Assembly: GCA_036172245.1 (NCBI GenBank)
Contig: JAYWIR010000002.1
Location: 992,001-1,056,000 of the forward strand
DNA length: 64,000 nt
DNA from: Raillietiella orientalis
Taxonomy: Eukaryota
Direction of reading: 5' to 3'
Shown here: positions 63,501 through 64,000 of the stretch, piece by piece
Layout: each line of letters opens with the position of its first letter
How positions within the stretch are numbered: position 1 is the stretch's first letter
Translations under genes and position numbers: made by a program
The notes under the pieces: model-generated
Told to the model about the DNA's origin: nothing
Database searches by the model: none
The model's input: only the letters and a program-made list of their open reading frames with translations

Positions 63501-64000
63501 GAAATGAGGGAGGGAGGAATGCATCTCTCGGTAGGGATAGAGTGCCTCAGTGGATCTCCGACCAACTTCGGAAGAACAAAGCTCCAGAGGACGTTGTGAA
63601 GATCTTGTGCGACCACCAGATTGTTTCTGGTACGATGCGTTCCCGGTGGCTGTGAGCAGGTCTCTGAGGACAAGAAATGGTGACGAGGATTTCAGCCAGA
63701 CGCGTCTTCTCTCTCTCTCTCTTTTTTTTTTTTTTTACTTTTTCACTCGGGGACGGTGAATGAGCCCAGCTTGCGGTTTCTGGCAACGACCGGCCGCTCT
63801 CAGCTCCCCCTCCCGACACCGAGATGCTGCGCGATCGCACGCATAAATCCGGCTCCGAAGATGAGAGGACTTGGCTCGGAAACTTGAGCTACCTCCGAAA
63901 AGCACTCGTGTTCTTTCTCAATTTTCAGAGAGAGCTCGTCCTTCGGAAGAGTCGTCCTGGTAGTCTCTGAGGAAGGCGCGTTCCCCGGGAAATGGAGGGG
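57600..64000 (+). mobile_element. Degenerate LINE ORF2 relic (EN, RT, C-terminus); runs off the right edge
   Basis: QETEV at ~57793 (LQET); TGVRII at ~58016 (GVAIL); SPTH at ~59057; ISEEQRA at ~59840; RTHSFLSRFVGGG...SREDGLGIRALE in ORF 62568-62996 (RxFLWGG...KxxGGLGIRDL). Confidence 0.68.
59748..60218. repeat. Inverted repeat, right arm ~470 bp (spacer ~3.35 kb)
   Basis: Aligns with the reverse complement of 55928-56398. Confidence 0.95.

Noticed and set aside
1..64000. CRISPR array, rRNA, LTR pairs, telomeric arrays, prokaryotic operons, CACGTG (G-box) enrichment
   Set aside because: None seen. G-box counts look close to random expectation for this base composition.

Overview
This window is eukaryotic, repeat-derived DNA, and I cannot support any intact gene in it. 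I found no RNA gene, CRISPR array or prokaryotic operon, and the supplied ORFs are almost all spurious GC-rich frames or fragments of fossil frames. Reading across frameshifts, nearly the whole 64 kb resolves into about 12 heavily decayed non-LTR retrotransposons (L1/Tx1-like LINEs) packed end to end on both strands. Each is recognised by decayed ORF2 motifs in the correct order: endonuclease (LQET, GVAIL, NVYAP, GDFN, SDH), then reverse transcriptase (KSPGPDG, RPISLL..YK, DFEKAFD, RQGxPLSP, FADD, YLG), then GGLG, a Cys/His zinc motif and W.IW..R. Motif matches were made by eye and element boundaries are approximate (±several hundred bp). Superimposed on the fossils are two younger inverted repeats (about 470 bp and 216 bp), one short direct duplication, many microsatellites, and CpG-rich domains carrying TAAT motif clusters. 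The most interesting signals are apparent local homogenisation between oppositely oriented dead LINEs and asymmetric CpG decay between the arms of one inverted repeat. I cannot support a new protein-coding system from this sequence.
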